64,000 bases of DNA, taken from positions 186,001-250,000 of the forward strand of contig JAYWIR010000004.1 of assembly GCA_036172245.1 (NCBI GenBank). Direction: 5' to 3'. The first letter of the stretch is position 1; every line of letters begins with the position of its first letter. This DNA comes from Raillietiella orientalis. Taxonomy: Eukaryota. Shown one piece after another: positions 21,364-35,319 of the stretch. Made by a program: the position numbers and the translations under genes. Under the pieces are notes generated by a model. The model was not told the DNA's origin, made no database searches, and worked only from the letters and a program-made list of their open reading frames with translations.

Positions 21364-24300
21364 CGCCCGCCGGGGAACCTCGGCCGCCGCCTCCGACCCG
21401 GCAGAAATTAAGGTCGCCGGGTGAAAGTGCGGCTCACCGCCCGCCTGCCTGCCTGCCTGCGCACGCGCTCGCACGCGAGGGAAAAGCGTGCGCAGGCGCA
21501 AGCGTTTTTCCTTCCCTACTTCTCCCTCCCTCTCATCTCCCCCTCCTCTCGCGGGCACGGGGGCTCGTGACCGTCGCCCAGGTCGCCGGGAAGAGGAAGG
21601 GATAAGGAGGAGGGGAGCAGGAGAGCTGCCTGGGACAACCTGGGTCCTGCCCCGCTTCCTTCTCCTCTGACCCTCCCCTTTCCGGGAGCGCTGTCGCCCC
21701 GCCACAGTCCTCCTTCCCTCAGGTGCGTCCAGCCGGGCGGACAGTAGCGGTCCGGTGGGTCGCTGAAGCGCGCACGTTTCACTGCCGTCGTGTTCGTCCT
21801 TCTCCTCCTCCTTATCATCGTCATGCTACTCTTTTGTTTTTTCCCTCTGTCTCAGCGCGCGCGCTGGTGTCCCGCAGCCTCCGTCAGCTCAAGATCGACC
21901 CGTGGCGCCTCCATCCGCCCGTCCGCCTGCCGCCGTGACCCTAATTCCGCGGTTTCGACACCACTAGGAGACCTTCGAGAGTCACCCCGGCCCGAAGGAG
22001 ACGATGAGCTGCTGGTCGTCGACGTCGCCGACGCAAGCGCCATCTGGGGAAGGAGCAGACCGCATGCGCGCACACCCCTGCTGGAAGCTGCACTCGCGCA
22101 ACTCAGTCCCCTCCCCCAACATCTCGTCCATCCCTTCGTCCTGACCTCGCAGGACCCCTCTCTCGCAACAGCAACGCACGGGAGGGGAGCGGAGGAACCG
22201 ACACCCGAAGAGGAGGAGTCCCCACTCGCCTGCCCACTCCCTGGGAGACTTCCCGCGCGGACTTCGGTAGGATGCTCCAAGGTGTCCGGGGCCGAGGTCT
22301 GCTCAGATCTGCCCGCGATGAGCAGACAGGAGGAGAAGCGAGTTTCCATGACTCAGGAGGTCAGGAATCCCCGGACCAGCTCCTCGAAGGACCAGTGGCC
22401 GGCGAGCGGTTTCCACAACGACGACCTCCTCGCTTTCTCCCTTTCCCCCCGGTACTCCAGAGAGCGCAGTCGCGGCACCTTTTCCGAGCCAACCTCCGTC
22501 GCCTCCCATCCTGCCCTCGGGGAGGAACCTTCCTTCCATGTCATAGGAACTGCAGGCAGGTCGCCGCTGCCGCCGCCAAAGCAGAAGGAACGCGCGGGAA
22601 GTCGGGCGTTCCAGGAGCAATCAGCTGACGAGGGCGCGCACCGTGAGCCATCCGATGCCACCGCCGCGAGCGGCGGTCTGAGAAACGCCCGCCCGCAAGC
22701 GTGACTTTTTTTTTTCCCTTCGGCTGACCCAGTTCCTGGCGGCAGAGGCAGGCGAAGGGTGCTCGCAATGACGCGACGAGGCCGGTGCCGAACGGTGCGG
22801 GCGGGCGGTCCTCCCGCGAGCGAGCGTGCTCCCAGGCTGCCGGGAGGCCTCCAGGGCGTGTCGTTCGGGAGGCGCCAAAGTTAATGGAGGCTGTAATGCC
22901 CTCCAGCCACTGCGGGCGCCCACGCTTGGCGGTCTGAGCGGACCACAGGAAGAAGCAGAGGGAAAAGGGGGAGAGATGGGGAAAGGGTAGGCAGGCCAGA
23001 GGAGGTGGATGGAAGGAATAGAAAAGAATGGAGAGTGGGAAACCACGGAACCGTCTCCAAGCTGAGGGGAGTCAGGCGGCTGGAAATGATGTGCCTCGTG
23101 ACAGATGGCGATGACGATGACATTGATGATGGCTGGAAAGTTGATGGAGGTTGTGACGAAGACGGATCGAAGTGATAGTCGGGAGAACAGCTGCCGGGAG
23201 GAGAATTCTGCACATCGACGATCGCCGTGAGGTTCAAGGAGCCGACGTGGGTTTCCGGGGAAACGAGGGCAAGGAATCTCTGAAGCATGCAGAGCTCGGC
23301 TTCACCCAGAGATGAAGACAGTCTCGGATGAGACCCCGGAAAGAAGGAGGGCAAACATCTACGAGGGACCAACAGTTGGAAAATGGAAGTCGCTTTAGGA
23401 ACCGTGCCGAGGGTGCCGATTGCTGGAGGACGTGGCAAAAAAGCGAATCCTGAAGGCAGGTCTTTCCAGGTTACTTCGATCGCACATTTGAGGGCCGATT
23501 TCCAAAAGCCCTCGAATGTGGATCGCAGTCTTTTTCAACTGCATCCCAATATCTTTTCTCGCTTTCTCATGTTTAGTTTGTTGCACCCTGGAGTGGGAGC
23601 AGATGTCAAGAAAAGGTGCCCCCTTGCTAAAGGGGAAACCTTACAGCTAAGATCCCTGGGTTTTTTGATTTGTCGACGTCACATCCATGGAATCCAACTC
23701 TTGGATACGGTGGGGGGCATCGGATCGTCACCAAACCCGCCTAAATAATGCAGGCGACCACGCGCAACAGATTAGAAAAGAACGAGAATCTTCCGTCTAT
23801 TAAGCCAAACTTGGGTGCTCCCACAACAAGAGCACGCTCTGATTTTCTAGAGAGGCCCGGCAGCAGTGTGTGAGGCTGCTCCTTTGGGAAAGGGTGTAGG
23901 GCGCCACCGATTTTCGTTCTCAAGAACCCCTCACGCCTTCTTCAGGATTTCTTCCCTCCTGGAAGAGGGTTCCGAGACGCGTCCAGAATCGGCTGCTTTC
24001 GTCACCTGGGAGGCACCCCTAAGATCCAGGTGTGGTTGCCGACTGTACCCTATTTATGCAAATCTGCGTGCAGTCCAACGCATTCAGGTTCTTCCGCTGA
24101 TGCTAGCTGAGGTTTCCAGTGAAGACATCATTCTACAGCAAGCGTTGGTTCCAACAAGGCTCAGGACATCGGGCATTCCGATCCGCACCGCTTCCTCTTA
24201 TTCCTCTCGCCGGCGACCGATCCAGGGAAAAATTCCCCGCTGTGAAATGGAGAGTTTTGCCCCCCGGAGGACAAGGACAGATGGAAACTGCAGCAGCCAT

Positions 24301-27300
24301 TCACGGAGTCCAGTATAGAAAACGAGAAGATTGCAGCAGTGGGACCGCCGAGACCAGCAGATGCATGTCGCTGCTTCCGAAGTGCAGCTGATAGCAGGTG
24401 AAATTAAGAGAATGTATGGTGAAGCGAAATGCCAAAGGTAAGAGGGATCTCCTTCTCTCGTCTCCACTGTGGGCGGGGTTCACTTGGACCGCTGACCAGC
24501 GGACCAGTTATCTGGAGGGGGCACGCAGTTTGCCTCTGTGCCGCGTCTGCTCCCGGACGTCCGCCGTTTCGAGGGCTGGGCATCCGCCCCAAATAGGAGC
24601 CCAGATACCTCCCTCTTTCCTCTTCACTGTGGGCGAGCTTGACGAAAGGATCGTCATCTGAGGACCGGAGATCTTTAGGGAGAACACTGAAGCACCTTCA
24701 CCTTGTGCCCGCCCCAATTCCTCGTCCGGCGCTGGGAGGGAAGGACAGCAACGAAGTTATTTTCCAGCGAAAGGGGGTCTCTGCACCCCAGTCGTTCCCA
24801 TGTTCGGAGATTCCTCTGATCCAAGGAGGCTCCTGACCGAGATGAGGTTCCGTGTCTACGAAACTTTCCGGAAAGGCAAAGAATTTCTTTAGGGGAGTTG
24901 TGAAAGCTTTCCCGCCCCCGCCCCCTTTCTTGTCGCTCACGGAGAGGTGAATTTTGACCGCAGAACACGAACCCCGTGCAGCCTTTGTGGACGGGTTGCT
25001 TCATGGTCTTCGCTCCTCCAACAGAAGTGGTTGGTCTCGTTTCCTCGGGACGTGGTTAGGACGGAGTGGAGAAAAACTCAGCACAGCTAAGAAAACACCC
25101 ACCCACACGCGGCAGGCGCATACAGAAGTAGCTGTTAGAAGGGTACCATGGGGTTGCAGCGTTCATCCTAATCGAGGCACAACACTCCAATTCGCGACCA
25201 TAATTATTATGTATTAATTGCGTGATTAATTCTTGATGGAAAGCACACAGGCGCTGCGACCGGTTTAACAAGAAGGAAACAGGCGGTTGTTGCCGATTTC
25301 CACAGACCCAGATTTCGTGCCACTCCGGTGGAATCCACATTCCCTCTGCTGGCTTCCACCAGCGACTCCAAACAGGCAGCCGGCGCTCCGATCCCTTCCC
25401 GTCTTTCTGGTACCGTGATTTCCAACCGGCCTTTCTCAGCATGGCATGGGCCGCCCTCAATTCGAGGGAAACCCATTCTTGCGTTTGCCCCCCTTTACTC
25501 GTTTGCCGGGGAAGGGGGATCACCATATCACCAACTCCTTCCCTGTCGCTGGTGCCTCGATCCTGGCCTCCTTCGAAGACGACGAAGAGCAAAATGTTTG
25601 GCCTTCCAGCCAGCTTCGCCGCAGGAAAGAACGTGCTGAAAACATCCGAGACGCTGAGCCGTTGGATCCCGTCGAAGATTCTCTTTGCGCGCTCCAGGAC
25701 TGCTCTTCCTTCCGGATCGCCTCCTTTTGGGCGCGGCCTCGACGTACAGCCGCTGCTGGACTCGGCGCCGAAAGAGAGCCGAGAGGCTGGCGCCGGAGTG
25801 ACCTCATCCGGGGGTCGATTCCAGACCGGAAGCGCCGCCGTCGTCGGTTGTTTCCGCTACGGCGCGCGTGTCGCCCTCGTCTGCTTCTTCCGTTCCAGAC
25901 CAGCTTCTCGCTCAGAGCTCTGCCCGCATCACTGAATCGGATCCAAGTCCAGAACCGCCCCACCGGGGATTGGATGAAGCATGGGAGGGGGAGGAAGCGC
26001 CTTCCGGATGGATCCTTGCCTCCCTTCCCGTGCTCTGAAGTCGGTCGGTAGCGTTTCCCGGTCTCCAGGGGACCATCCTAAGGCTCCCACTAACCTCTCC
26101 TGAAAGAAGCAACCTTGAAGGCAGGAACGCTTGGTCGGCGGATGTCTCTCGGAGTCGCCGCCCTCCGCGCCCCCAGGAGGTCCCATTGTGCCTTTCGGGT
26201 TTCGGCTCACCGACTCCGCCCCGTATTCTTCGAGGCAGGGGAGCAGGAGGCGTTCCGCGGAATCCTCATGTTCCCGCCGCCGCCCGCGGAAGGATTCCTG
26301 ACGTGCACGCGCGTCTTTCCGGCCACTCAGGGGTCACCCGCCTTTCCTTTGTTTACAGCAGGACGCGATGCCCGTCCTCCGCAGCCTCCCTCCCGGCCAC
26401 GAAACAGTGTAAGACGCGATTAGAATGGAGAGGTCCTCTTGCAGCGCCTCGCCTACTCCGTCTGCTGTCCGCACCGCTTCTGAAGGGACTTTCTTCGTGG
26501 CCCGCTCCAGGAGGGTCGCTCTGCGAGGAGGCAGCGCATGGTTGGCGGAGGTCGATCAGACGGGAATTCGCCTCCTCCACGAAGGGTTTCTTCCCCGGAA
26601 AAGTCCGTCGAGCGGGACGATGCTGGAGGGGACACGCATTTTTCCGCTATGCTGAGCCTGCTCCTGGACGCCTGTCTTTTCGAGGGCGGAGCATCCGCGC
26701 CAAGTAGGGGCCGAGATATCTCCCTCTTTCCTTCCACTGCGGGAGAGGCTCGCGGGAACCGCTGACCACTTGACAGGCTGACGTCTCGCTCCGGCAGGGA
26801 TGCTCCAACGGGCAAAGAGGCTGTGGAGCCACTCGTGCAGGCGGCGCCGTCCGTCCGGAGCGCGGCAATCGGAGGGAGGGGCGATTCGCCGCTTGGCCGG
26901 ATCGGCACCGCGACGCCTCCGTACCGCTGAGAGGACGCTCCCGTGGAGGTAGCACGAGAGCGGGCCGCCTGCACGCCGGGTGACCGTTTCCTGGAGTCAC
27001 GTAGGGGGGGGGGGGGATACGACAGCTTCCTGAACGCTCTCTCGCCGGGGACCTCAAGCGGTCCCATCCAGATGGATGACAGGCGCGTGTCGGTCGACCG
27101 ATCCCGGGAGGTCGCTCCTGAGAGCTGCTTCTGGCTGCAGAAGGGAGGCGAGGAAGGAGGAAGGCGCGCAAGGCCCGTGGGGCGTCCCAGTCGAGAGAGG
27201 CACGCCGCGCGGCCTTTCGCCTATGCCCGCCCGCGGCCGCCACCACCGTTAGACTTCCTGTCCGAGACGGACAAACAAGCCAGTGAGTTCGTAAAAAAAA

Positions 27301-28559
27301 AAAATTGCGGACCTGCGCTGTGGAGGGGGCGCGGGAAGGAAGGCCTCCAGGCGAGCGGCCACGCCGCGGGGAGTTGGTCCCATGCAGGACGCAAGGGGTC
27401 CCCGGTCGCCTCTCGCTCCTGGCTAACTCAAGGCGGAGAGAGGCGTGTCCGGGCCATGTGTCAAAGGGAAGAGACGCAGCGGGCGTCAAAGGGCAGAGAC
27501 GCGTTGGCAGGGAGGCGGGGTCCTGACAGGGGAGGCAGGATGCAGTTGGCTCCCCCTTGCCACCGAGAGATGAGTGAAACGCGCGTTTGTCCGAGCGGCT
27601 CCTGAGGGGAGGGTGGTCGGGAAGGAGGAGCGGCAAGGGTGGATAGAGGAGGATATTTCCGTAGGTTGCTGTTGCAGAGTCTTTCCAGTTACATCAGAGT
27701 GGACCCTGGCAAAGAGAGCAGGGCAGGGTGTGACGACCCATCCCTCTCCTCCCAGGTTCCCGACTAAGGGAGGGAGAGGAGATTGGCACTGCATGGGTGC
27801 CCCACGGACACGCTCGTGAAGTGGTCCCACGGATCGCCGATCCCTTCGTCTCCCTCCTGAAGGGACTCCCTTCCTGCACATAGTTCCCCACCCACCTCGA
27901 GGGTACATCCGACAGCAGGGAAGAAAGAAAACCGGGGAGGTAACACCTACAGCCCTCTCTCCCATCCCCGGCTTACCAAAATGGGGGAGGGGAAAATCCT
28001 CTCAACTCCCAGGGGCAGTGGCCTCCCGGGAAGAAGAGCAGGATCCTCGAATACCGGGAGAGGGAAGCTCCTGAAACGCCAGAGTGCATCTCCGTGCCTT
28101 CCTGAGAAGAATCGCTCTGTCCCCTTCCCCACCCTTCCGGCTTGCCATCCGCCGAGCGAGAGAGGCGCGCTGCATCCCTTCCTCCAGGAGGGGCGACAAC
28201 TGCTCCAGGTACCTTCTTCTTGAGGTACTTAGCGAACCAAAAAAAAAAAAACCCGAAAAAAACAAAAAGCTGGAAGAAGGGACCGAAGGCGGGCCGAAGG
28301 AGGAGCGCACTTGCAGGGAGAAAGGGAGAGGTGATGGATCTGGAGAACCCCCGGGAGGGCGGTGGTCATCTTTGGAAGCGTCAGACGCAAATGGGAGCGT
28401 CTCTATCGTGCCCCAGGCAGCCGGCGAAGGCACACGCTCTGTCCTTCCTGCGGAACCCAGGAATTGTCCGGTTCCACCGCTGTTGTCCCCTGGGTCAAAA
28501 AGAGAAGAGGCTGTCGCAGGTCAAGGGGTGGCGCGTCAAGGTACCCAGGCCTAATCGCG

Positions 28560-29350
28560 GCAGCAGCAGCACAGGCAGTCGACGGCCGGCGCCGACCGAA
28601 GGAATGTCCATTCCGCGCTCCCTCTGGAGGTGTCCGCTGGGAAATGCTAGGGCTAGAAGGCTTGCCAGGGCAACGTTTTCATCCCAAGGAGGACCGGAAC
28701 CTTCCGGAAGTGAAGGACGTTGGAGAGCTCCATTCCCGCCGATGTGCACCTTCCTAGCCCTTGGAATAATCAAAGAGAGCTGGGAGAAAAGGAGCTCCTA
28801 TTCTTCCTCGAGGTTGGGGTGGGCTCCCCGCGTGATCTTCCCGCGGTCCCCTTCTTCCGTCCTTCCAATGCCGAAGACCTTCTCTGAGGGATCTTCTGTA
28901 TTTCTCCTCACGGAGGACGGCAGCGCCCTTTCCGGAGGGTGCACTGCCCCGAGCAGGTGTTCATTGGCCCACTTGTTGATGGCCATGAGGCGTCTCCAAG
29001 GACACTGTCCGGCGAAGGGAGGAGGGTGGGAGACGCTCCTGCGAGGCGCAAAGCAGGGAAGCTGAGAAGCTCAGCTTCCCTGCTCTGCACTCCTCTCTGA
29101 GTCCTGATGGGTATTGAGGGAGGAAAAGGGGGAGGAGTAGGACAGGTGCCATGTGAGGAGGGGGAAGGGTAATATCAGAAAACTACGCGCTAGCCATGGA
29201 AAGTCTCCTGGTTTCCTGGAGAAGCCAAGGATCTTGGCCTGAGACTCCTTCATTAGGGACCAGGTTGCCAGGGACTGCTCATATCGTGGGAAGATGCCTG
29301 GGGTCCTCGTCCCCAGCATCCGCCCCCTGCAGAATTTCCTGCCGCAGCCG
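28560..29350 (-). mobile_element. Decayed LINE reverse transcriptase
   Basis: Collinear remnants: KILGF..PWLARSFL (~WIxSFL), AEQGS*ASQL (~PQGSxLSP), LMAINKWANEHLL (~LxxIxxW), GSGPPWDENVALASLL (~GxxWG). Confidence 0.45.
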
Positions 29351-30949
29351 CCTCCGGGACATCCGTCTCGTCTGTGCTTTGGGGTTGCCGGGTAAGGGAT
29401 GTTCCGCTCGCAACAGCATCCCGTCAGGCGTCTGCTGCCACGGAGCAGCAGTGGACCACCACCTCCGAGCGCTTGCATGCCCACGTGAGCCCGCCACGCC
29501 AGGAGCTGCACGCCAAGACTCCCCCGTGCCTCCAGGCGCCCGCCGTGATCCACAGGACTTCGCCTTTTCCGCCTGCGCCACGGACAGACTTATCCTTCTT
29601 CGTCCTCCTGCTCCCCACCTCCCTCCCGCTCTGGCCTGCTCCCGGAGGAGAGCCGGCCCGCAATGCCCTCTCTTGATTTCTTCGTCGTCGTCTTTGTGGC
29701 CGGAAGGAAACGAGCGGGAACCCGACGGTCCAGCGACAGCCCCGCGGCGGTAGAGAGGGACGAGGGACGAGGACGCAGACCGCCTTCCCCCAGTAGTAGC
29801 AGCAGCAGACCTTCCGCCCCGAGCAAGGTCGTGCTTACTGCCCGAATTTTTTCGCTCTTCCCACCCTGAGGAGCCCCTTCCCGGAGGAGGAGTCCCCGCG
29901 GGTCCGGCCCCAGAGGCGACGCTCGCCCGGACAAGCGCGGGGAGGGGTCGCAAAAACCAACGTCGTTTTTCTGCCGGCGGGCGCCCGAAGAGCTTTGAAA
30001 TCCGCCCGGTGGGACCGTCGCAGAAACGCTCCCTTTCGTTTCCATGTGAACGACCGCCGCGGGCCGGCTGAGCGTTCGGGTCGGGCGGGCCGCGTGCGAG
30101 CGCGGGTGGCAAGGCGGCAGCCGCACAGGATCTCCCACGGGACGCCTTGGGAGAGACGACTGCTGGCGCGCTCGCGTAACGGGCTCTCCGCTCCCCCTCG
30201 CGCGAACGAAGGCGGTGATTGGCGATCCCCAAGAGGCGCGCGTCTCCGGGCGAGCCGCTTCCTTCGGCGCTCGGCGGAACTGGATTTCTCCTCGGCGAGA
30301 CGGCCTGCCGCATAGGCCCGCCCGCCCGCCCGTGTTTTCCTGTTTTGCCCGTCGTCGACAGACAGGCAAAAACGAGTCACGCCGAAGATCGGAGCGGCGC
30401 GACCGGATGCCCGAGCTGAAGTCCATCTCGAAAACAATGCACGGGGTGGGCGAGCCCGTCGCGGAAGAGGAAACCCACCCGCTCTCCAAAAATATATCAG
30501 AGGGGAAAAATACTCGCCAGGCGCGTGCTTGCCGGTCGCCGGGCCCGACGCGCACGCGTGGGTGACGCTAAGGAGAAAGCGCGAAAGACGAGTCTGCGCT
30601 GATCGGAAGCTGGGGCGGGAATCCCGAAACGGATGCTCGCCAAAAACGCGAACAGGGCCGCCCAGCGAGGATCGGACGCTCCAGACGTGGAAGGGTAGCG
30701 GGAAAGGAGGTGCTGGTTCTGAACACGAATGGCAGGCACAGCAATGAGGAACGTAAACTCTGACGCTCAAAGGAAGGCTCGGTCTCGAGGGCGGATGCTG
30801 ATGAACATCAGATGTTGAGATACGTGGATGGGAACGAGAAATGAGGATGCTGATGCAGACATGCAGGTGATGTTTCCAAACATCAGGATGAACTGGTGAA
30901 TGCTAAACTGCAAAGCGTCGTTTGTCTCGGCCTTTCATAGACAACGATT

Positions 30950-31310
30950 TTGACCTTCATGGTATATGGGAGTTGATCATGGAAGTTAGCTGCAACAGTG
31001 AACCACATTTTTTAGTGCTGCTGCCACAGAGTCCACTTCTGTTTGAAACCGGGTTACTTGGTCCTCCTTCTGCCCTTGTGGAGTTGCTACGCGTTCTCCA
31101 GTGATCGACTTTTTCCACTCTTGAGCTCTTCAGTTCGTTCTTTCCTATCGGATGTCACCAGCAGCACTTCGCCGGGCAGCAAAGAAGTTCCATGTCATGT
31201 GACGGTGGTGCTCCGGGAACGCAGTGCTTGGGCTTCCTTGCTGAAGCCCCTGGCGTGCCGAAGCCAGTGCGACAACTATGAATTTCAAATTCTGTTTACA
31301 TGGCGTCGGC
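30950..31310 (-). mobile_element. Possible THAP-domain relic (DNA transposon)
   Basis: KHCVPG .. NFF .. RAQEWKKSI .. GLCGS echo the THAP C..VPGC..FP..W..LC..HF order, with stops and frameshifts. Confidence 0.3.
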
Positions 31311-32399
31311 GCGCGCGGGTGTTTTCATGGAAGTTTCGGAATTGCGTTTCCCACAGAAACGGAAAGTCAATGGATGGACGAGAATGCGGTGGCACCTCTC
31401 CGCATCCCTCGGCAGTTGCGTTGATTTCCCAACATTCCTTGGAGGAATTTTTTCCACCAAGGAATTCTCCGCTTCGTCCTTTCGTAAAACCTGTGTTTAT
31501 TTTCGTCGCCGGTTTTCGTCGGCGCCGATGGACAAGCGGTCACCGGGCCTCACCGCGGGGGTGGTAATTTCGATGCACTAAGGGATGGAAGGCGGAAGGA
31601 AATTCGGCAGAGCTTCTCTCGGCAGCACGGCTTTTGCAAGCCGAAATTGCCAGTTGGCGACCCACGGACTTGAACGGAAGTGTGCGATTAGACTTTGTCG
31701 CTGAGCCCCGACAAGGTGGCCCCACATGCCTTTGGGCTCCAACCCACACATTCGGGCGCGAACCGCAGCCCGGATGGTGCAGCAATGCATTTGATTCGAG
31801 CAGCCGCACAAGGGGACGCCTCACAGGGAATCTGCTTGTTCCTCCGCACAGCGGCGTAGAAGGAGGGAGGAACTTCGCCAGTGGCAGGACACTGGCTAAG
31901 TTCAAAATGGACGATGCCACCACTGACATCTGTAACTTTGACCGAGCCGCCAGCACGGTGCCCATGAAAGAGTCCGACGCGCAAAAAGGCCCCCGGTCCG
32001 GACTCCCCTCTGGACCCGAAGCAAGAAGGGATAGACAAGGTGCTCGTAGGCGGAGTCTTGCACGTCTCTTCAGCGAAACCTGAACTTCCCTCTGGGAAGG
32101 CTCTCGCGCGTCTCTAGCTAGCTGCTCCTGCAGCTTTCTCGGAAGGACCTGCAGTCGAAGACCCACTCACTTCTCCGCCATCTTCCCCTTAAACGAAGGA
32201 GGCCCCAGTGGTGGCCTCCTTCGATCGTGCCCAACGTGAACCCCCGGTTGTGGTGCAAGCATTCTTGGCTTCGTTTGCACCACAGCCGCTCCTCAGCACC
32301 TGGCAAGTAGCGAAGAGTTGAAGACATCGGAAGGAAGGCGCGACATCGTTGAAGATCATCATCAGAACCTCCCAGAGCATCCACCAGCACCAAGGAACG

Positions 32400-33900
32400 C
32401 ATCGGGGTGTGCCCTGCGGACCACTGGCAAGCAATGCGCCTTAAATCGAAGAAGAGGACAAAGGAGGACAGAGAAAAGAATAGACAAGGAAGAATTAAAG
32501 GAGTGGAGGAGCAGAAGGAGGTGAGATGAGAGAGTTTTGGTGCAGGAGCTACCTTGGATCCAGATGCAACACTCGAAGAAGGGGCACTTTTTCTCGGAAG
32601 CCGTGAAAAAGAAGAAATACGCAAGAACTGGAGCGAGATAGTGCCTCCCCAGGAGTCGCTGTGCTTCCTGAGGTAAGGAGAGCCGTGGCGATCTGCTTCG
32701 AAAGGAGATGCAAGAAGGGAAGAGATTTATTTCAGGAGCCAAGGCTGGGAGAGCAAGCTGATAGTCCTGTGATGCTTCCCAAACTCCAGTTCTGAAGAAG
32801 GTCTGGAAAACCGAGACCAGCTATGTCCGGTGTGTTGGTTCAGTTGTAGCCGATAGACGAAGAGTCCTTGAGGGAGGAGGGAAGGGAACACCGAAAAACT
32901 TCGCCATCCCAGCTTCCCCATCGTGCTTTCCTTGCCTCTTCCGCTACGCGACTTCAGCCGCCACTGATCTGTAGGTCGCCTTCTTACTTGGACCCGTTCC
33001 TCCTCGTCTTCTTGGTGGCTCCTCAATAGCACGTGGAAAAATCAAGCAGCACTCCTGATCCCGGTTTCGGAAACCTCCGCCAGCGTGAAAGGTCAAATTC
33101 TAATGTTGCTGACCCTAAAAGGAGGCCGAACCATGTCGTCCCACAGACAAGGCATGTCGACTTCCAGGGACTGGTCCAACTTGCAGCAGAGACACCTGCG
33201 GCCGCGTGCTGCACTCTTCGCGGAGAGTCGGAGGGCCACTGAAGGAGAGAGAATAGGGCCTTCCTAGGAGAGCTCGGATCAGCCTCCCGAAAGTACCGAC
33301 TTCGATTTGCAGAAGGGGTTTTTCCACTCAACTTTCCAGGAGACTCCTCCAGAACCCCGGTCGCCGCCATCCCTCGACCCGTTTCGATTCTTCCGAGAGT
33401 CTCCCAAGGGGGATCCAGGAGACACGCCCCTTGCACCCCCACTCCTCATCAGCAGCATGATGGCGAAGTCTGCAATCCCATCTTCGGCTCATCTTGCCTC
33501 CCAGCCGGAGGGTCCCTTGCCGAAACCTCCATCTCTGTCCGAACTCTGGATTCAGCTTCCTCGAATTGAATCCCAGGTTTCCCGAAGAGTAAGCGTCGTT
33601 CCCATTAGGGGGTTCGGAGGACCCTGCGTTCCAGCAGGGAACCGTATGAAGCACCTAGGGGTGCGTGTGAGGAAGGGAGGATCCCTGAAGCTCCTAATCC
33701 GGAAGGAGACAGATCTTTCAAGAATAGGAGGAGGAGAACCAAAGTCTGCGCTCTCCAATCCTCGAGAAAGTTTTACGAGGGAACCTTCGATTCAGTAAAC
33801 GTGAGCGTCTTTCCAAGATGGACCGCTCCTCACTCCCCTCGCCCTCCCGCGGAAGGAAGCTCCAGAAAAGGCGAAGGCGGCAGGAGCGGACCCCAGAGGC
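32400..33900 (+). mobile_element. Decayed LINE ORF2 (L1/Tx1-like) reverse transcriptase
   Basis: WIQMQHSKKGHFF (~WIxEGEKNTKFF), DFDLQKGF (~LDFEKAF), PKGDPGDTPLAPPLL (~RQGDPLSPLLF), MKHLGVRV (~KYLGV). Confidence 0.4.
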
Positions 33901-35319
33901 ATTTCTGATCTGCTCCGTAGCCAGCTCCCGACTGCTTGCCGGACACCTGGCTGATCCCAGGGACGCCTCAACACTCCCTCGGGAACCTGCCCAGGTGTAT
34001 TGATCTAGAAAGCAACCGGGGCTCTGTGGTTCATCCTCAGTTTCGAGGAACCCCATAGCACAAGCCGTGGTCCTCATCCGCATAGAGAGCTCAGGTTTTT
34101 CCAGTAGGGCTTGGTGGGTCACAGGAGGACGCCATTTGGGTGCACAGAGAGGAGAAGGAACAGTGAGTTCAAAATGGAACCGCGCGAACAGGGGAAGGTG
34201 CTTTTGTCGGGCGCCTCTTCAGGGTTCTTGTCTTTCGGGGAAGAGAGGGGGGTGAGGTGCTGCGCGACCTGTGTGAACTCGAGCCAGCTCTGCGACGCTC
34301 TCTGGCACCTGACTGCCTCTAGGGAGGGCACCAAACCTCCCGTTTAGATTTCTTTTTCCCCGTGTCATGGACGGGGGCATCCCTCTCAGTTTCCTTTCTC
34401 TCTGTGCACTTCCCGGTGCTCGAGGAACGAGGAAGAGGAAAAAGGAAGGAAACAGTACGTCCTGGAGCTTTAGCTCGCTCCCTTCCTCTCGCCACCGAAG
34501 CGAAAGAGTTCCATGGGCAGAGAGATAGGTCGAGGTTTGAAGAGGCCACCTGGACGTTGTCTGAAGCTCCTGCACCTCACACTTCGCGATGTGGAGCCAC
34601 AGTTCGCCCAGTCTTCTTCACCGGATCGATGACCACCACGCTGCGCCCATGGTGAACGAGTCCATTCTTCCGAAAAGGACGCTTGGGAGGGCTATTCCCG
34701 GTTCCCTCTCCCTTCTGCCTGGAAACTCATTCTCTCTCCTAAGCCCTTCTGCCCCTGCTCGAAAAGGCGCATCGGAGCTCAGGGGCTACGCAGGGCGCAG
34801 GCCTCCGGGCGCGCCCCCGAGTATCCCTGGAGGCGTTCGAGAAGAGGAACGACCTCCGAGGGAATCGGAAGGGCGCCCCAGGGAAGGAGTGGACACAGGG
34901 AACCCGCAGGGCGGGTGGGGAGGCAGACCCGAAGACGATCGTGACCAATGGCCGTGGGCTCCCAGAATGCCGGCACCCCCCGGGGTCGGCCCTTCGACGG
35001 TAGTGGTGACGCTACCTGCCTTGACCCTCTCTTTTGAATGCACTGACTCCCTCGCGATGGCCTCAAATCCACTGTCCAATAAGACGTAGGCACCCAGGAA
35101 GTGCGTGGGGTCTGTGAGGATGTCTCAAGCCTCCTCACCACAGGGGTGGATTCGTTTCCCTTTTCAGAAAGGAGGGAGTTTCAAATTCCTCACCATTTTA
35201 ATCCCTCTCCTCCCCTCCTCCCCCGTTTTTTCGTCCTACTGTTTTAGCGTGAGCCCTCCAAAATTCCCGGAGAGGGGGAACAGAAGATGGAGCTAGCGAG
35301 AAATAAGGAAGTTAGGAGA

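Noticed and set aside
25056..25592. WIPPEWHEIWVCG resembling bacterial topoisomerase IB IPPAWxDVWIC
   Set aside because: No downstream GRKQYxY or catalytic motifs; probably chance or LINE debris.
31043..32083. Signal-peptide-like ORF plus NFASGRTL, suggesting a divergent ionotropic receptor
   Set aside because: TTG start, no TM/pore/S2 segments, and the opposite strand fits a THAP relic better.
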